A DNA stretch of 64,000 nt, taken from positions 118,041 to 182,040 of the forward strand of contig JBFRWN010000032.1 in assembly GCA_051439605.1 (NCBI GenBank). The letters are read 5' to 3'. The notes beneath the pieces were generated by a model. That model saw only the letters and a list, made by a program, of their open reading frames with translations, did no database searches and was not told where the DNA came from. Positions 30,973 through 40,762 of the stretch are shown here, one piece after another. Position 1 is the stretch's first letter. Each line of letters begins with the position of its first letter. Both the position numbers and the translations under genes were made by a program. The stretch comes from Synechococcus sp. (GTDB lineage: Bacteria; Cyanobacteriota; Cyanobacteriia; Thermostichales; PCC-7336).

Positions 30973-31941
30973 ATGGCCGAGTTTGACGTTCCTTTTACAC
31001 TCGATCAACTGCGTATTGTCCGAGCGATCGCCGAGCAAGGCAGTTTCCGCAAAGCCGCTGATAAATTATTTATTTCCCAACCTGCGGTTAGCCTGCAGGT
31101 TCAAAGTCTTGAACGAGCACTAGAAGTGACCTTGTTTGACCGAGGGGGTCGCAAGGTGGTCCTTACAGAGCCAGGCAAGCTGTTGGTGGAATACAGTGCC
31201 CGCATCCTGAATTTGAGCGAAGAAGCCTGCCGTGCTCTAGTCGACTTGCAGGACTTACGGCGAGGCACCCTCGTGTTGGGAGCCAGCCAAACGGTTGGAA
31301 CGTACATGATGCCCCGCATTATTGGGGAGTTCCGCAAGGTCTATCCGCAGATTTCCGTACAGCTTCAGGTGCAGTCCACCCGCCGTATTGCTAGTGGAGT
31401 GGCCGAGGGCCAGCTGGATCTGGCGATTGTGGGCGGAGCAATTCCCCCACAACTCAAGGATCAGTTGCAGGTGGCCCCCTTTGCCAGTGATGAGTTTGTG
31501 TTGGTGCGGGCCCACCCCAACCAGTTGTCCCCCGTCCAGGCTTCAGCGGTAGATAGTTCCGCCCAACTGCAGAGCGAAGACCTTTACAAGCTCAGGTTTA
31601 TCTCCCTCAATCCGCAGTCCACCACCCGAAAAGCGATCGATTCCACTCTTGAGGCCTATGGCATCAATCCTTCCAAGTTCCAAGTGGAAATGGAGTTGAC
31701 CTCCCTCGAAGCCATCAAGAATGCCGTCAAGGCGGGCTTAGGCATAGCATTTTTATCGCAAACAGCAGTGTCTGCAGACCTGGAAGCCGGGATGTTAGAG
31801 CAACTGCACGTACAAGGGATGGAAGTGAAGCGAACGTTACATATGATTCATAGTCCAACCCGCTATCAATCTCAGGCGGCTTTGAGCTTTCGGGAATATT
31901 TGGAAGCCCATAATCCACAGCCCATTTTGGCCAATTCCTAG
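30973..31941 (+). CDS. LysR-family regulator (RbcR/Ycf30-like)
   Basis: PFTLDQLRI...SQPAVSLQVQ HTH; GASQTVGTY. Confidence 0.9.
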   Translation: MAEFDVPFTLDQLRIVRAIAEQGSFRKAADKLFISQPAVSLQVQSLERALEVTLFDRGGRKVVLTEPGKLLVEYSARILNLSEEACRALVDLQDLRRGTLVLGASQTVGTYMMPRIIGEFRKVYPQISVQLQVQSTRRIASGVAEGQLDLAIVGGAIPPQLKDQLQVAPFASDEFVLVRAHPNQLSPVQASAVDSSAQLQSEDLYKLRFISLNPQSTTRKAIDSTLEAYGINPSKFQVEMELTSLEAIKNAVKAGLGIAFLSQTAVSADLEAGMLEQLHVQGMEVKRTLHMIHSPTRYQSQAALSFREYLEAHNPQPILANS

Positions 31942-32159
31942 AGAATTTTTGGATCGCAGTGTCGATCTAAGCATCTTGACAGTTGCCATATCTCTGAAGG
32001 CGATCCTCTGCAGCCCGTTCCTTGGCTTTAATGATTTGTGCTTTCCTCGGTCGCTATTGCCATTGACTGCCAATAATGTATTGCTGCCAGTATTTGTGGA
32101 GGTGTCCATGAAGTTTTGGCGGGCTAGTCTACTCACCAAATGTCCTAGGATTTTCAGCT

Positions 32160-32573
32160 TTGTCGACCATCACGGTTGTGTTAGCTTCCATTGGGGCTTT
32201 GTTGCGGGCAGAAGAATCTCTGCTTGAATCCATCCTCGAGCGCCTGCAAATGGAAGCTTCCTGGAAAGAACTGCAATTGAGCGAATGGGTGCAGGACCAG
32301 AAAAGCGATGTCCTGCTGCTCAGTCAACTGCAAGAGATGCGGCTAGCAGTAGAGATTTTGGCTGATGCCTCCGGTTTGATGACCACAGATGGGGTCAGGT
32401 TTAGCGCCGAACGGTTCAGCTTGCTCAATGGTGCCGATCGCAATGCAATAGCAGCACTCAACGAGCAATTTTCAAAAATTGTGGTGGCTGCAATCGTCAC
32501 AAACTGTGGAGAACCTGAGATCGAAAAGCCAGCCAGTCAAGAGATCAATGTGGTTCAGTCATCAGACAACTGA
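32160..32573 (+). CDS. Hypothetical protein
   Basis: 137-aa helical ORF filling the intergenic space. Confidence 0.55.
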   Translation: MSTITVVLASIGALLRAEESLLESILERLQMEASWKELQLSEWVQDQKSDVLLLSQLQEMRLAVEILADASGLMTTDGVRFSAERFSLLNGADRNAIAALNEQFSKIVVAAIVTNCGEPEIEKPASQEINVVQSSDN

Positions 32574-32713
32574 CTTACAAGAGGAGGTGTCGCCTGCAAC
32601 TCTTAGTCGCGCCGCTCGAAACAAAAAAAAGCCGACCGCATATAGCGAATCGGCGGAGTTAATCACCTCAAAACTTTCTTGTACGTTGCCTTGAACAGAA
32701 TTTGAATTGGTAT

Positions 32714-33232
32714 TCAAGCAACCATCACTGCCGTATCCATTGCAGATGACACTGCGGAGACTTGAGCGGCGCCTCCCGATACTACTGACTTGACCCGTCG
32801 GAAAGAAGCAGGTCTGGCATATCGCGACATCTGCTCATCTGTCAAGGCAGCACAGTGGTAAGACACCTCAATGTCAGCTGAAAATCGAATCCTATCTCCC
32901 GGCCGCAGGTCGTGGGAGGAGCAAGTCATGCCGTTGACCGTGATAGCAGCAGTCCCCTCAAACCCGCTATCGTTGCCACACAAGATTCGGTAACGATAGC
33001 CATCTGGCGCATTCGGATCGGGCACTCGCACAAACAGGGCATGACGCGGGGCCACTGAGTCCGATGCCAGCACAATCGCATTACTGGATGCACTACCCAC
33101 GCTGTATAGGGCCGCATTCATCGAAATTGCCCGTCGCCCCCGTTGGTCAGATAGGAGCAGAATGTGACGGAGCTTGCGTGCTTGAGGTTTTGCTTGAGCT
33201 TTTACACCGGGGCGAGGGGGAACATCAATCAC
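32714..33232 (-). CDS. FHA-like domain protein
   Basis: YSVG...VAPRHA...VNG...HDLRPGDRIRF layout. Confidence 0.75.
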   Translation of the reverse strand: MIDVPPRPGVKAQAKPQARKLRHILLLSDQRGRRAISMNAALYSVGSASSNAIVLASDSVAPRHALFVRVPDPNAPDGYRYRILCGNDSGFEGTAAITVNGMTCSSHDLRPGDRIRFSADIEVSYHCAALTDEQMSRYARPASFRRVKSVVSGGAAQVSAVSSAMDTAVMVA

Positions 33233-33516
33233 GACTGCGATATCTCCTGGGTACAGAACGCGAAATCTTGAACTTTATCAAAACTTCATCTTATGTTCTT
33301 CATATTAAGCTTGACCTTCTCAAGAGCCTTGCGTAAATTTACGCGTTTGTGAATTCAAGATAAAGCCGCGCGGGTAAACATACTGGCGCGGCTTGTTAGG
33401 TTAATAGCGTTCTTGGGGATGGGTTTCCTAATTTTAATCAGAAAGGCTTGACCCGAATTAGAAGTTAGATCCGGGGAGAGATCGCCTTATGCAGATTGAG
33501 CAAACAGACTAAGGAT

Positions 33517-34500
33517 TTAGTCCTCTGTCTCCGGGGGGCCGTAATAGTTGCTCGGGGAGGGAACCGCTTGGCGGTTGATGGCTGACATTTCCGTTTGCAG
33601 TCGTCTGAGCTTACGTAAAGCTCTGCGCTCAATTTGTCGCACCCGCTCGCGAGATAGACCAATCCGTTCACCAATTTCTCGGAGTGTGAGTCCGTTACTG
33701 CCATCCAATCCATAGCGGGCCACGATGACCTCTTTTTCGCGATCGCTCAGATGCTGGACTAACATGTGAACTTCTTCACAATGGGCTACCTGGTTGAGGT
33801 AATCCACCGGGTCGCTATCTTCATCCTGAATAAAATGTTGGAGTTCGGTACCGTCTTCATCCCCCACGACGAGGTTCAGCGATCGCATTTCTGACATGTG
33901 TCGGGTGATCAAATCGCGATAGTTATCGCCAATTTCTAGGGAGTCGAAGACGTCATTGACGGGGGGACGGATGCCGGAGGTCGCCGATAGCTCGCGATAC
34001 TTGCGCTTCACCTTCGAGACTTTTTCGTACATATGGGCGGGAAGACGAATCATCCGGCCCTTGTTCTGGATTCCACGGTTAACGCTTTGGCGAATCCACC
34101 AAGTGGCATAGGTCGAAAACTTGTATCCCCGGGTGGGGTCAAATTTTTCAACGGCACGGGTCAATCCGATGGTGCCCTCTTGAATTAGGTCAAGGAACGG
34201 TAACCCACGATTGCGATAGCGTTTGGCGATGGAGACGACGAGGCGGAGATTGCATTCCACCATGCGCTTCTTGGCGGTTTTGCCTTCCTGTAGCACGCGC
34301 TCAAGTTCGGTGAGTTCTACTCCAGCGTCTCCTGCCCACTGAACCTTATTGGTATTGGGCTTGCGGATTTCTTCGAGGGCGATCGCCCGCTGCACTTGAT
34401 GGGCCAGCTGCAACTCTTCATCGGGGGCAAGCAAGGAGTACCGTCCGATAGTTTTGAGAAATCGGCCGACTGCGTCTTGATGCTGAACGCTGCTTTCCAT
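33517..34500 (-). CDS. Group 2-type sigma-70 factor
   Basis: NLRLVVSIAKRY, DLIQEG, KFSTYATWWIRQ, SRERVRQIE; no region 1.1; probable ATG 34500. Confidence 0.93.
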   Translation of the reverse strand: MESSVQHQDAVGRFLKTIGRYSLLAPDEELQLAHQVQRAIALEEIRKPNTNKVQWAGDAGVELTELERVLQEGKTAKKRMVECNLRLVVSIAKRYRNRGLPFLDLIQEGTIGLTRAVEKFDPTRGYKFSTYATWWIRQSVNRGIQNKGRMIRLPAHMYEKVSKVKRKYRELSATSGIRPPVNDVFDSLEIGDNYRDLITRHMSEMRSLNLVVGDEDGTELQHFIQDEDSDPVDYLNQVAHCEEVHMLVQHLSDREKEVIVARYGLDGSNGLTLREIGERIGLSRERVRQIERRALRKLRRLQTEMSAINRQAVPSPSNYYGPPETED

Positions 34501-34826
34501 GTCACCACCTACCTGTTGGAAGAGCATCTTATTAATAACAATGTTTGGCTTTTTCGTAAAGCTTTTTTCGGGCTTTTTGCTAATACTTTTGCAGAGTTTT
34601 ATGTAAGAAAAGTTAATTTCCGGGTTTGAGATAGGACGCTATCAGTAGCGTGATGTTCCAAAAAGGACGTATTTGGGACGCTGTATAGGTAGATACACGG
34701 GTTTTCCCGCTGTAAGGCAAATACAACTGCCAAAGAAGATTACGAGCGAATCAATAATTCTAAAAATAATGTTAAATTGCCCTGTCTTGGGCATGATTCT
34801 TGAGGTTTCTGCTCTGAAGGGAATAT

Positions 34827-34856
34827 AAAGAAAGTCCTTCCCGACCGGGAAGGACT
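34827..34856 (-). terminator. Intrinsic terminator
   Basis: AGTCCTTCCC-GACC-GGGAAGGACT with a T-rich tail on the minus strand. Confidence 0.75.
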
Positions 34857-34887
34857 GTTGGGGTTATATACACTATTTCAATAAAAT

Positions 34888-37761
34888 CTAAAGCTTAGAA
34901 GGTATAGAAATCTTCTGTGGTCGGTCGGCAATTGACGGTGGCAAAAGGTTCTTAACCCTATCGGGGCGGGGCTCCTGCGGTTTTTCAAGAGTAGTTATTT
35001 CGCTGCTGTCAGGTGATGGTTGCTGTTTGGTTTGATTAAAGATTGTTGAAGAAACTTGGGTTTTCCTTGGGGAGTTAGGGCGATCTCCATCGTCGGCAGT
35101 GGGAGTAGCGGGTTGCTCCCCACTCTCTAACTGGCCCGCCTGATTGTCTGTTGCTTCAGGCTGAGGGATTGAGGACGAGGGCGGTGGTTGACTGACGGGT
35201 GGCTTGGTGACAAATGGTTTGTTGTTGGATCGTGATGGAAAGACTGGTTCTGCTCGGTCGCTAGTGCGGGAGGAGGGGGCTGTTGGAGGGACGACGGCTG
35301 GGGGTTCTGTGGGGGGTGCATCTGAATCGGTTGTGGGAGCTGAGAGGGAAGAGGGGATAGGGCTGGAGTCCTCAAGCTTAGAGGTGGAGGATGGCTGGGG
35401 GGTAACGGGTGCTCGATCGCGCTGGAATCGCCGTAACAATCTGCGCGATCGCCCCATTGGAGAAGGAGTCGCAGCCTCGGTTTTTTCGATCGCCTCTTCC
35501 TGGGCTCTTGTCTCTGGTTCACTGGGTTCTTGAACCTCTTCGAACTGTTGAAGCAGGCTATCTCGATCCTCACCCTCAGCCGCTTCTTGCTTGACAGGAA
35601 GACCTCCAGAGTCTGCCGGGTCTCCTTCAGGACTCACGATGGTTTCCTGCTTGGGTGCTTCCAACTGGCTTGGAACAGGACTGGGGACAGAGTCCGTCAT
35701 CTCTGTACCTGTGCCCAGTTCGAGGGGATTGATGTCAGTTTCTTCGGTTAGGTTAGTGTCTTCGGTAAGGACAGGAACACTAGGTTCGCGGGCCGGTACC
35801 TTGAAGCGGTTGCGGAACCTTTGCAGAAATCCCTGAGGAGACTTGGGTTTGGCCGGTGTAGCGATCTCCGGCTGCTCGTTAGAGTCATCTCGATCGAATG
35901 TTTCGATTGCATCGATATCTCTTGATTCTTCCGTAGAGAGGGTCTTCTCTCTGCTTGCTTCTTCAGAAAGAGAGGATTCCTTGGGCTCCTGAACTGTTGT
36001 CTCTGCCGGAGACTCAACCGATTCTTCGCGTTCCAGCATGAGTTCTCCCCCCGGTTGGCTGCTGTCTGCTGGCTCTGCTGTGGGGAGGTTATCTGCTGGT
36101 AATTGGGTTTCAGGACGTTCGACAGTGCGAACCTCCGGTTCTTTGGGGGCTGCGTCGGATTCAGTAAGGCTCTGGGGGATGCTACCAGAGGGTTCTTTCT
36201 CCGGAGTCGATCGGGGGGATGCAGCGGGTTTGGGGCTGGTGCGATCTCCACGCACCTTTTGCCACCATTCTTGCAATCCAGACTTGCTAGCGGGCTCGGG
36301 AACAGTCTCAGTTAAGGGCTCTGCAAGCGGCTGGCGATCGCCGACTTCTTCGGCATCAGCTTCTTCTGTGGAAAGCTGCGGAGACAGAACGGGTTCTTGC
36401 TCGTCACCTGTCTTGAGTTTGTCCGTGGTTAACGCCTCGGGCTCTGTCGTTCGCTCTATATCTTCTGTTTCCTCAGATGCTTCAGACTCAACGGTTGTGT
36501 CTGCGGGAAAATTGGTATCCCGAATCGCGTCTTCAGCAGGCTTCTCCTCCATCAATTCGCCTGCAGGCTTTTCCTCCGATATCTCTTCTTCCAATGCATC
36601 CGATTCCTCTAACTCTAGAGCCGCCGGCTCTTCAGGCTCAGGAAGAGTAGTTTCAGCTGCTTCCTCCGGAGCTTTCTCCTCTTCGGTGAGGACAGGAGGT
36701 TGCTCGATCTCTTCAGGTGCAAGAGAGGGGCGTTCGGGGGAAATTTCGGTACCCTCCTCCTTTACATCTTCTGGGGTGGGCTTGCCGGTTAGTTCGGATT
36801 CTGGTTCTGGAGTCGGTTCGGGCTGCTCGGGTTCGGGGATAGCTCCCACAATTGCGAGCGCCTCCTCCGCCGAAAGCGATCCGGCGATCAGGCGAGACAG
36901 CGTATCCGTTCCACCGGGGCGATAGGTGACGGTGCGTGCGGCACTATTGAACACGTTGCGAATGGGATTGCCCTGCCCATCTACTAGTTCGACGGAGATA
37001 ATATTGCGCCCTGGCTTGAGCCCCTTTAGGTAGATAGACTGCCAGCGATCGAGGAAACTGCTTTCACCGTTTAAGGTATAGCGAATGCGCCAGTCTTTGG
37101 GGACATCTGGCAACAGCGATTCGCGGATCGGGGCGTTGGCCAACCAATAATCGAGCAGAATCGGTTCTGCTCCGTAGGTTTCGCTGGGGGTGCTGTAGGT
37201 CAGCACCGGCAGTTGGGATTGGGGGGCGTATTCGGGGGTTTTTGTAAAGACGTGGAAGGTGGTTTGGGCGTAGGCTTCTGAGTTTTTATAGCTTTCGTGC
37301 CAGGGTCGGGCAGCAAATACCCGCAGGGTGTGGGTACCGGGTTCTAGATCGTTGAGGACGAGAGGCTGGTTGGAGTCGTAGAGGGGGATGTAGGGCTGGT
37401 TGTCTAGGATGACGTGCAGGTTGGGGCCTAAACCCAGTTCTTCATCTTGAAAGAGGGGAAAGTCCTCGACCTCAAAACGGACGGAAACTTGAGTGTCTTG
37501 TATCACTTGGTCGGCTTTGGGGCTGGCGATCGCCACTTTAGGCCGATACCCATCCATGTAGCGATCGAGCTTAGCGATCTCTGATGGAGTGTCGACCACT
37601 GAGATGCCCCGGCCAATGGAAGTGGAAGCGGGTCGGTTACTCTCGGAGGAGGGTCCGCAGCCGGTGAGGGCGATCGCGCAAACCAGCAACAGTCCCAGCC
37701 ATGTTTGCCAACCTTTCCGTTGACTGCTCTCAGACTTAGCTCGCCATTGCAGCATTGCCAT
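34888..37761 (-). CDS. Lipoprotein with folded N-terminal region and ~650-aa Glu/Pro/Ser-rich disordered tail
   Basis: Lipobox ALTGC; LHVILDNQPY, PGTHTLRVFAARPWHES; low-complexity C-terminus. Confidence 0.8.
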   Translation of the reverse strand: MAMLQWRAKSESSQRKGWQTWLGLLLVCAIALTGCGPSSESNRPASTSIGRGISVVDTPSEIAKLDRYMDGYRPKVAIASPKADQVIQDTQVSVRFEVEDFPLFQDEELGLGPNLHVILDNQPYIPLYDSNQPLVLNDLEPGTHTLRVFAARPWHESYKNSEAYAQTTFHVFTKTPEYAPQSQLPVLTYSTPSETYGAEPILLDYWLANAPIRESLLPDVPKDWRIRYTLNGESSFLDRWQSIYLKGLKPGRNIISVELVDGQGNPIRNVFNSAARTVTYRPGGTDTLSRLIAGSLSAEEALAIVGAIPEPEQPEPTPEPESELTGKPTPEDVKEEGTEISPERPSLAPEEIEQPPVLTEEEKAPEEAAETTLPEPEEPAALELEESDALEEEISEEKPAGELMEEKPAEDAIRDTNFPADTTVESEASEETEDIERTTEPEALTTDKLKTGDEQEPVLSPQLSTEEADAEEVGDRQPLAEPLTETVPEPASKSGLQEWWQKVRGDRTSPKPAASPRSTPEKEPSGSIPQSLTESDAAPKEPEVRTVERPETQLPADNLPTAEPADSSQPGGELMLEREESVESPAETTVQEPKESSLSEEASREKTLSTEESRDIDAIETFDRDDSNEQPEIATPAKPKSPQGFLQRFRNRFKVPAREPSVPVLTEDTNLTEETDINPLELGTGTEMTDSVPSPVPSQLEAPKQETIVSPEGDPADSGGLPVKQEAAEGEDRDSLLQQFEEVQEPSEPETRAQEEAIEKTEAATPSPMGRSRRLLRRFQRDRAPVTPQPSSTSKLEDSSPIPSSLSAPTTDSDAPPTEPPAVVPPTAPSSRTSDRAEPVFPSRSNNKPFVTKPPVSQPPPSSSIPQPEATDNQAGQLESGEQPATPTADDGDRPNSPRKTQVSSTIFNQTKQQPSPDSSEITTLEKPQEPRPDRVKNLLPPSIADRPQKISIPSKL

Positions 37762-38222
37762 AGCCCACCAAAACCTCTACGAAACCCTATCTCAATTGGG
37801 TCAGTGCACTATTAGCGATTGCCATTGCAGCTAGGACAAATAGTCTCTGCCGAGTCAGGGGACTGGTCGCTGACATGTCCTCAGCGATTTGATGGTCGCT
37901 TTAAGTCACCGGAATTGAGCCAATAAACCAATTGGAACACTTAAAAGGGTAAAGCGACGCGGCCCCATTCCATGCCGGATACCTGCCTATCTGCCGTGAC
38001 TCGATACAATTTTTCACCTGAACTCGGTTTCTCAAGGGGGACAAGATCTACGAATGCTATGGGTGTGCAAGCGTCATCATGGCTGTTTGCTTTTGCTGCT
38101 GTCTGTAGGGAACGGGGGGATGGGTTGCTGTTGCGAGGAACTCTCAGGGGGATGGAGATTGCTAACCCATTTGAAAAATCGTCTACAGTGGAATCCGTAA
38201 TCTCGATTGTTACTCCGTTTGC

Positions 38223-38660
38223 ATGGCTGAGACCTGGCTTGAACACACCTGCCAGATTCAAGTTCCCGACAGCATCGATCGCGTCTGGGATCTGTGGGTG
38301 AATTTAGAATTGTTGCCCAACTGGATGAAGTGGATTCGCTCGGTCAAACAGTTGGAGGGGGACCTGTCTGAATGGGAATTAGACAGTCGAGGATTTAAGT
38401 TTACTTGGACGTCCAAAACCCATACGACGATCGAGCACCAGCGGATTGAATGGGAATCGGTGAGCGGTCTGGCCAATCGAGGTGCCTTGCGCTTTTACGA
38501 TCGCAAGGAGGAGGGCACGATTGTCCGGTTGTCGGTGGCCTATGGAATGCCAGGCTGGTTGGCCGCAATTATGAGTAGTTTGTTTGTGGGCCAGGTAGTA
38601 GAGTCCACAATTCAAGCGGATTTAGAACGATTTAAAGCTTACTTGGCGGCGCACCCTTAG
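38223..38660 (+). CDS. SRPBCC / polyketide cyclase-like protein
   Basis: WLEHT, WMKWI, LANRGALRFY, DLERF. Confidence 0.85.
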   Translation: MAETWLEHTCQIQVPDSIDRVWDLWVNLELLPNWMKWIRSVKQLEGDLSEWELDSRGFKFTWTSKTHTTIEHQRIEWESVSGLANRGALRFYDRKEEGTIVRLSVAYGMPGWLAAIMSSLFVGQVVESTIQADLERFKAYLAAHP

Positions 38661-38954
38661 CCTTGTTTGTATTGATAGAGCTGCAGTTAATGGAGCTGTA
38701 CTTTTACTGGGTCTGTATTTGTCTTGCGGCACCTGGTGCTCGAATAAGAGACAGAACGGGGTGCATTTGAATCAAGCAAACGCATCGATTTACTGCATTT
38801 CATTCATCCAACATCTACACAAATGCTTGAGACCTGTTAACCTATAGTGCCAACCGTTGTTTTGGCCATTGGGTTAATTGGATCGGGTTTCTCGTTGGCG
38901 AAGGCTGTGGTTGGTGGCAAACCCTAGAACGCTGAAGACGTAAGTAGGCAACGC

Positions 38955-39479
38955 GTGGCGCACGATTTTGAACTCAGTTTGAAGATGGTGCAAGCGAGTG
39001 CGGGCAATCGCTCCCAGCCCGACAACCGCCGTATTCGCTTTTCTGTGAACGCTGGGGATGTTGATTACGACCAACTGCTAGAGTTATTTCGCCGCAATGC
39101 ATTTTGGGCCAGCGATCGCTGTCGAGAAGATTTAGAGGTTGCTGTGGCCCACAGCCATCCGGTGGTCACGGTTTGGGATGGCGATCGCCTGATTGGGTTT
39201 GCCCGCGCCACCTCTGACGGGATTTACCGTGCGGTGTTGTGGGATGTGGTGGTTGATGGGGATTATCGCAAGCAGGGGTTAGGTCGCAAGTTAGTTGAAA
39301 CCCTGATTGCGCATCCGGATATGCAGAGGGTGGAGCGAGTGTATCTGTTTTCCACCTATCAACAGGATTTTTATCGTCGGATTGGATTTGAGGAAAATAC
39401 CAGCAGCACGATGGTGTTGATGGGACAAACATTGGAGTTTATTCCCCCTGAGGGAATGGAGATGCCTCAAGAACGGTAA
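38955..39479 (+). CDS. GNAT acetyltransferase
   Basis: LIGFARATSDG, WDVVV, RKQGLGRKL, FYRRIGF. Confidence 0.9.
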   Translation: MAHDFELSLKMVQASAGNRSQPDNRRIRFSVNAGDVDYDQLLELFRRNAFWASDRCREDLEVAVAHSHPVVTVWDGDRLIGFARATSDGIYRAVLWDVVVDGDYRKQGLGRKLVETLIAHPDMQRVERVYLFSTYQQDFYRRIGFEENTSSTMVLMGQTLEFIPPEGMEMPQER

Positions 39480-39489
39480 TTATGGCGAT

Positions 39490-39730
39490 CGTCAAATCGC
39501 TCAATGTATTAAAGCTGTTTTTTTAGGGTTACATGGCTGTTGAGGGCAGCATGTTTGCTCTGCTTTTGTGCCCTTTCGCATCTAATACTTTGATTTGCTG
39601 TTGGGAAAATCAATATCTTGACCCATAGCCTCCAAGCTTCAGTCATTCTTCAACCACAGCTATAAAGGATTTTGGCTAGCAATTGGTAAACTCCAGACAA
39701 CTGGTGAATGACTTCATCCCCTTCTTTACG
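39490..39730 (-). pseudogene. intI: Integron-integrase-like (tyrosine recombinase) internal remnant
   Basis: Manual translation with frameshifts and stops: VIHQLSGVYQLLAKILYSCG*RMTEAWRLWV/DIDF/QQQIKVLDAKGHKSRANMLP. Confidence 0.75.
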
Positions 39731-39821
39731 GCTTGAAACCCTTGGTACGGCTCTGGGTCCAACAGATGGGGTATCACTTTGAATCGTTTCCTATGACTAA
39801 GATTCTTGGTGTGCAAACGTG

Positions 39822-39863
39822 AACCCTGTTGCTCCTCCAACCCTGTTACCTAAAGCGTTAAAC
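39822..39863 (+). other. Candidate attI-like recombination site
   Basis: AACCCTGTT direct repeats, then GTTAAAC (GTTRRRY) at 39857-39863. Confidence 0.4.
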
Positions 39864-39910
39864 GCTCCCCAGATTTTAACCTTTTGCTTGTAACAAGAGT
39901 GGCCCTTCAA

Positions 39911-40705
39911 ATGATCTGGAGAATATTTTTATATGTTCTGATTGGCTATGTAGCTTTGTTCTCGATCGCTTTTATATTTCAGCGAAAATTGCTCTATCTG
40001 CCTAGCGAGTTTCGATTGTCAGAAGAGCGTTTACTTGATGGGGGCTTGCGTTATTGGCCTTCGTTTGAACAGTATCGTGGATTTATCGGTTCTGAGAGAT
40101 CGGCTGAAGCGAAGGGAACCGTCATTGTCTTTCATGGCAATGCCGGCACAGCTTATCATCGTGAGTTCTATGTCAAAGCGCTATCACCCCTCGGTTTACG
40201 GGTTATTTTGGCTGAGTATCCTGGCTATGGAGGTCGAGCTGGACACCCCAGTGAAGACCTGTTGGTAAAGGATGCGCTCGAAACTATTCGGCTTGCCTAT
40301 CAGGCGTTTGGAGAGCCGCTTTACGTTTGGGGTGAGTCACTGGGCGGTGGCGTCGTTTCCGGTGCGGTTAGTAAAATGGATATCCCTTTAAGAGGGATGG
40401 TTCTGCTTCTGCCGTGGGATTCATTACCGAGTTTGGCACAAACGCACTACTGGTATTTTCCGGCTCGCTGGTTAGTACTGGATAAGTACAACAATATTGA
40501 TAATCTTCGACAATTTGAAGGGAATATCGCTGTCATATTGGCAGAAGACGATGAGGTTATTCCGGTACAGCACGGTAAGAAGCTTTATGATTCCCTGACT
40601 GCAAAAAAGAAGCTCTGGCTGTTTGAGAATGCAAGACACAATGAGATTCCGATCGCAGCAGAATTACAGTGGTGGAAAGAAGTCATAGAATTCATTTCGG
40701 AGTAA
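39911..40705 (+). CDS. Alpha/beta hydrolase, possibly an integron cassette gene
   Basis: FHGNAG, EYPGYG, GESLGG nucleophile, DEVIP, HNE; probable ATG 39911. Confidence 0.9.
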   Translation: MIWRIFLYVLIGYVALFSIAFIFQRKLLYLPSEFRLSEERLLDGGLRYWPSFEQYRGFIGSERSAEAKGTVIVFHGNAGTAYHREFYVKALSPLGLRVILAEYPGYGGRAGHPSEDLLVKDALETIRLAYQAFGEPLYVWGESLGGGVVSGAVSKMDIPLRGMVLLLPWDSLPSLAQTHYWYFPARWLVLDKYNNIDNLRQFEGNIAVILAEDDEVIPVQHGKKLYDSLTAKKKLWLFENARHNEIPIAAELQWWKEVIEFISE

Positions 40706-40762
40706 TCAAACAGCGAGCATTTCACAATGATAGGGGTTCGGCAGTTTCAAGCGTAGCAAGCT

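Noticed and set aside
36038..36925. 295-aa Ser-rich plus-strand ORF
   Set aside because: Antisense shadow of the Glu/Pro-rich lipoprotein tail
39735..39822. Possible IS end (GTGCAAACGTGA) truncating the intI remnant
   Set aside because: No second copy or matching transposase was seen, so it cannot be supported from this window
40700..40762. Intact attC site after the hydrolase
   Set aside because: Only a mismatched R''-like ATCAAAC; no convincing paired L boxes or matching GTTRRRY
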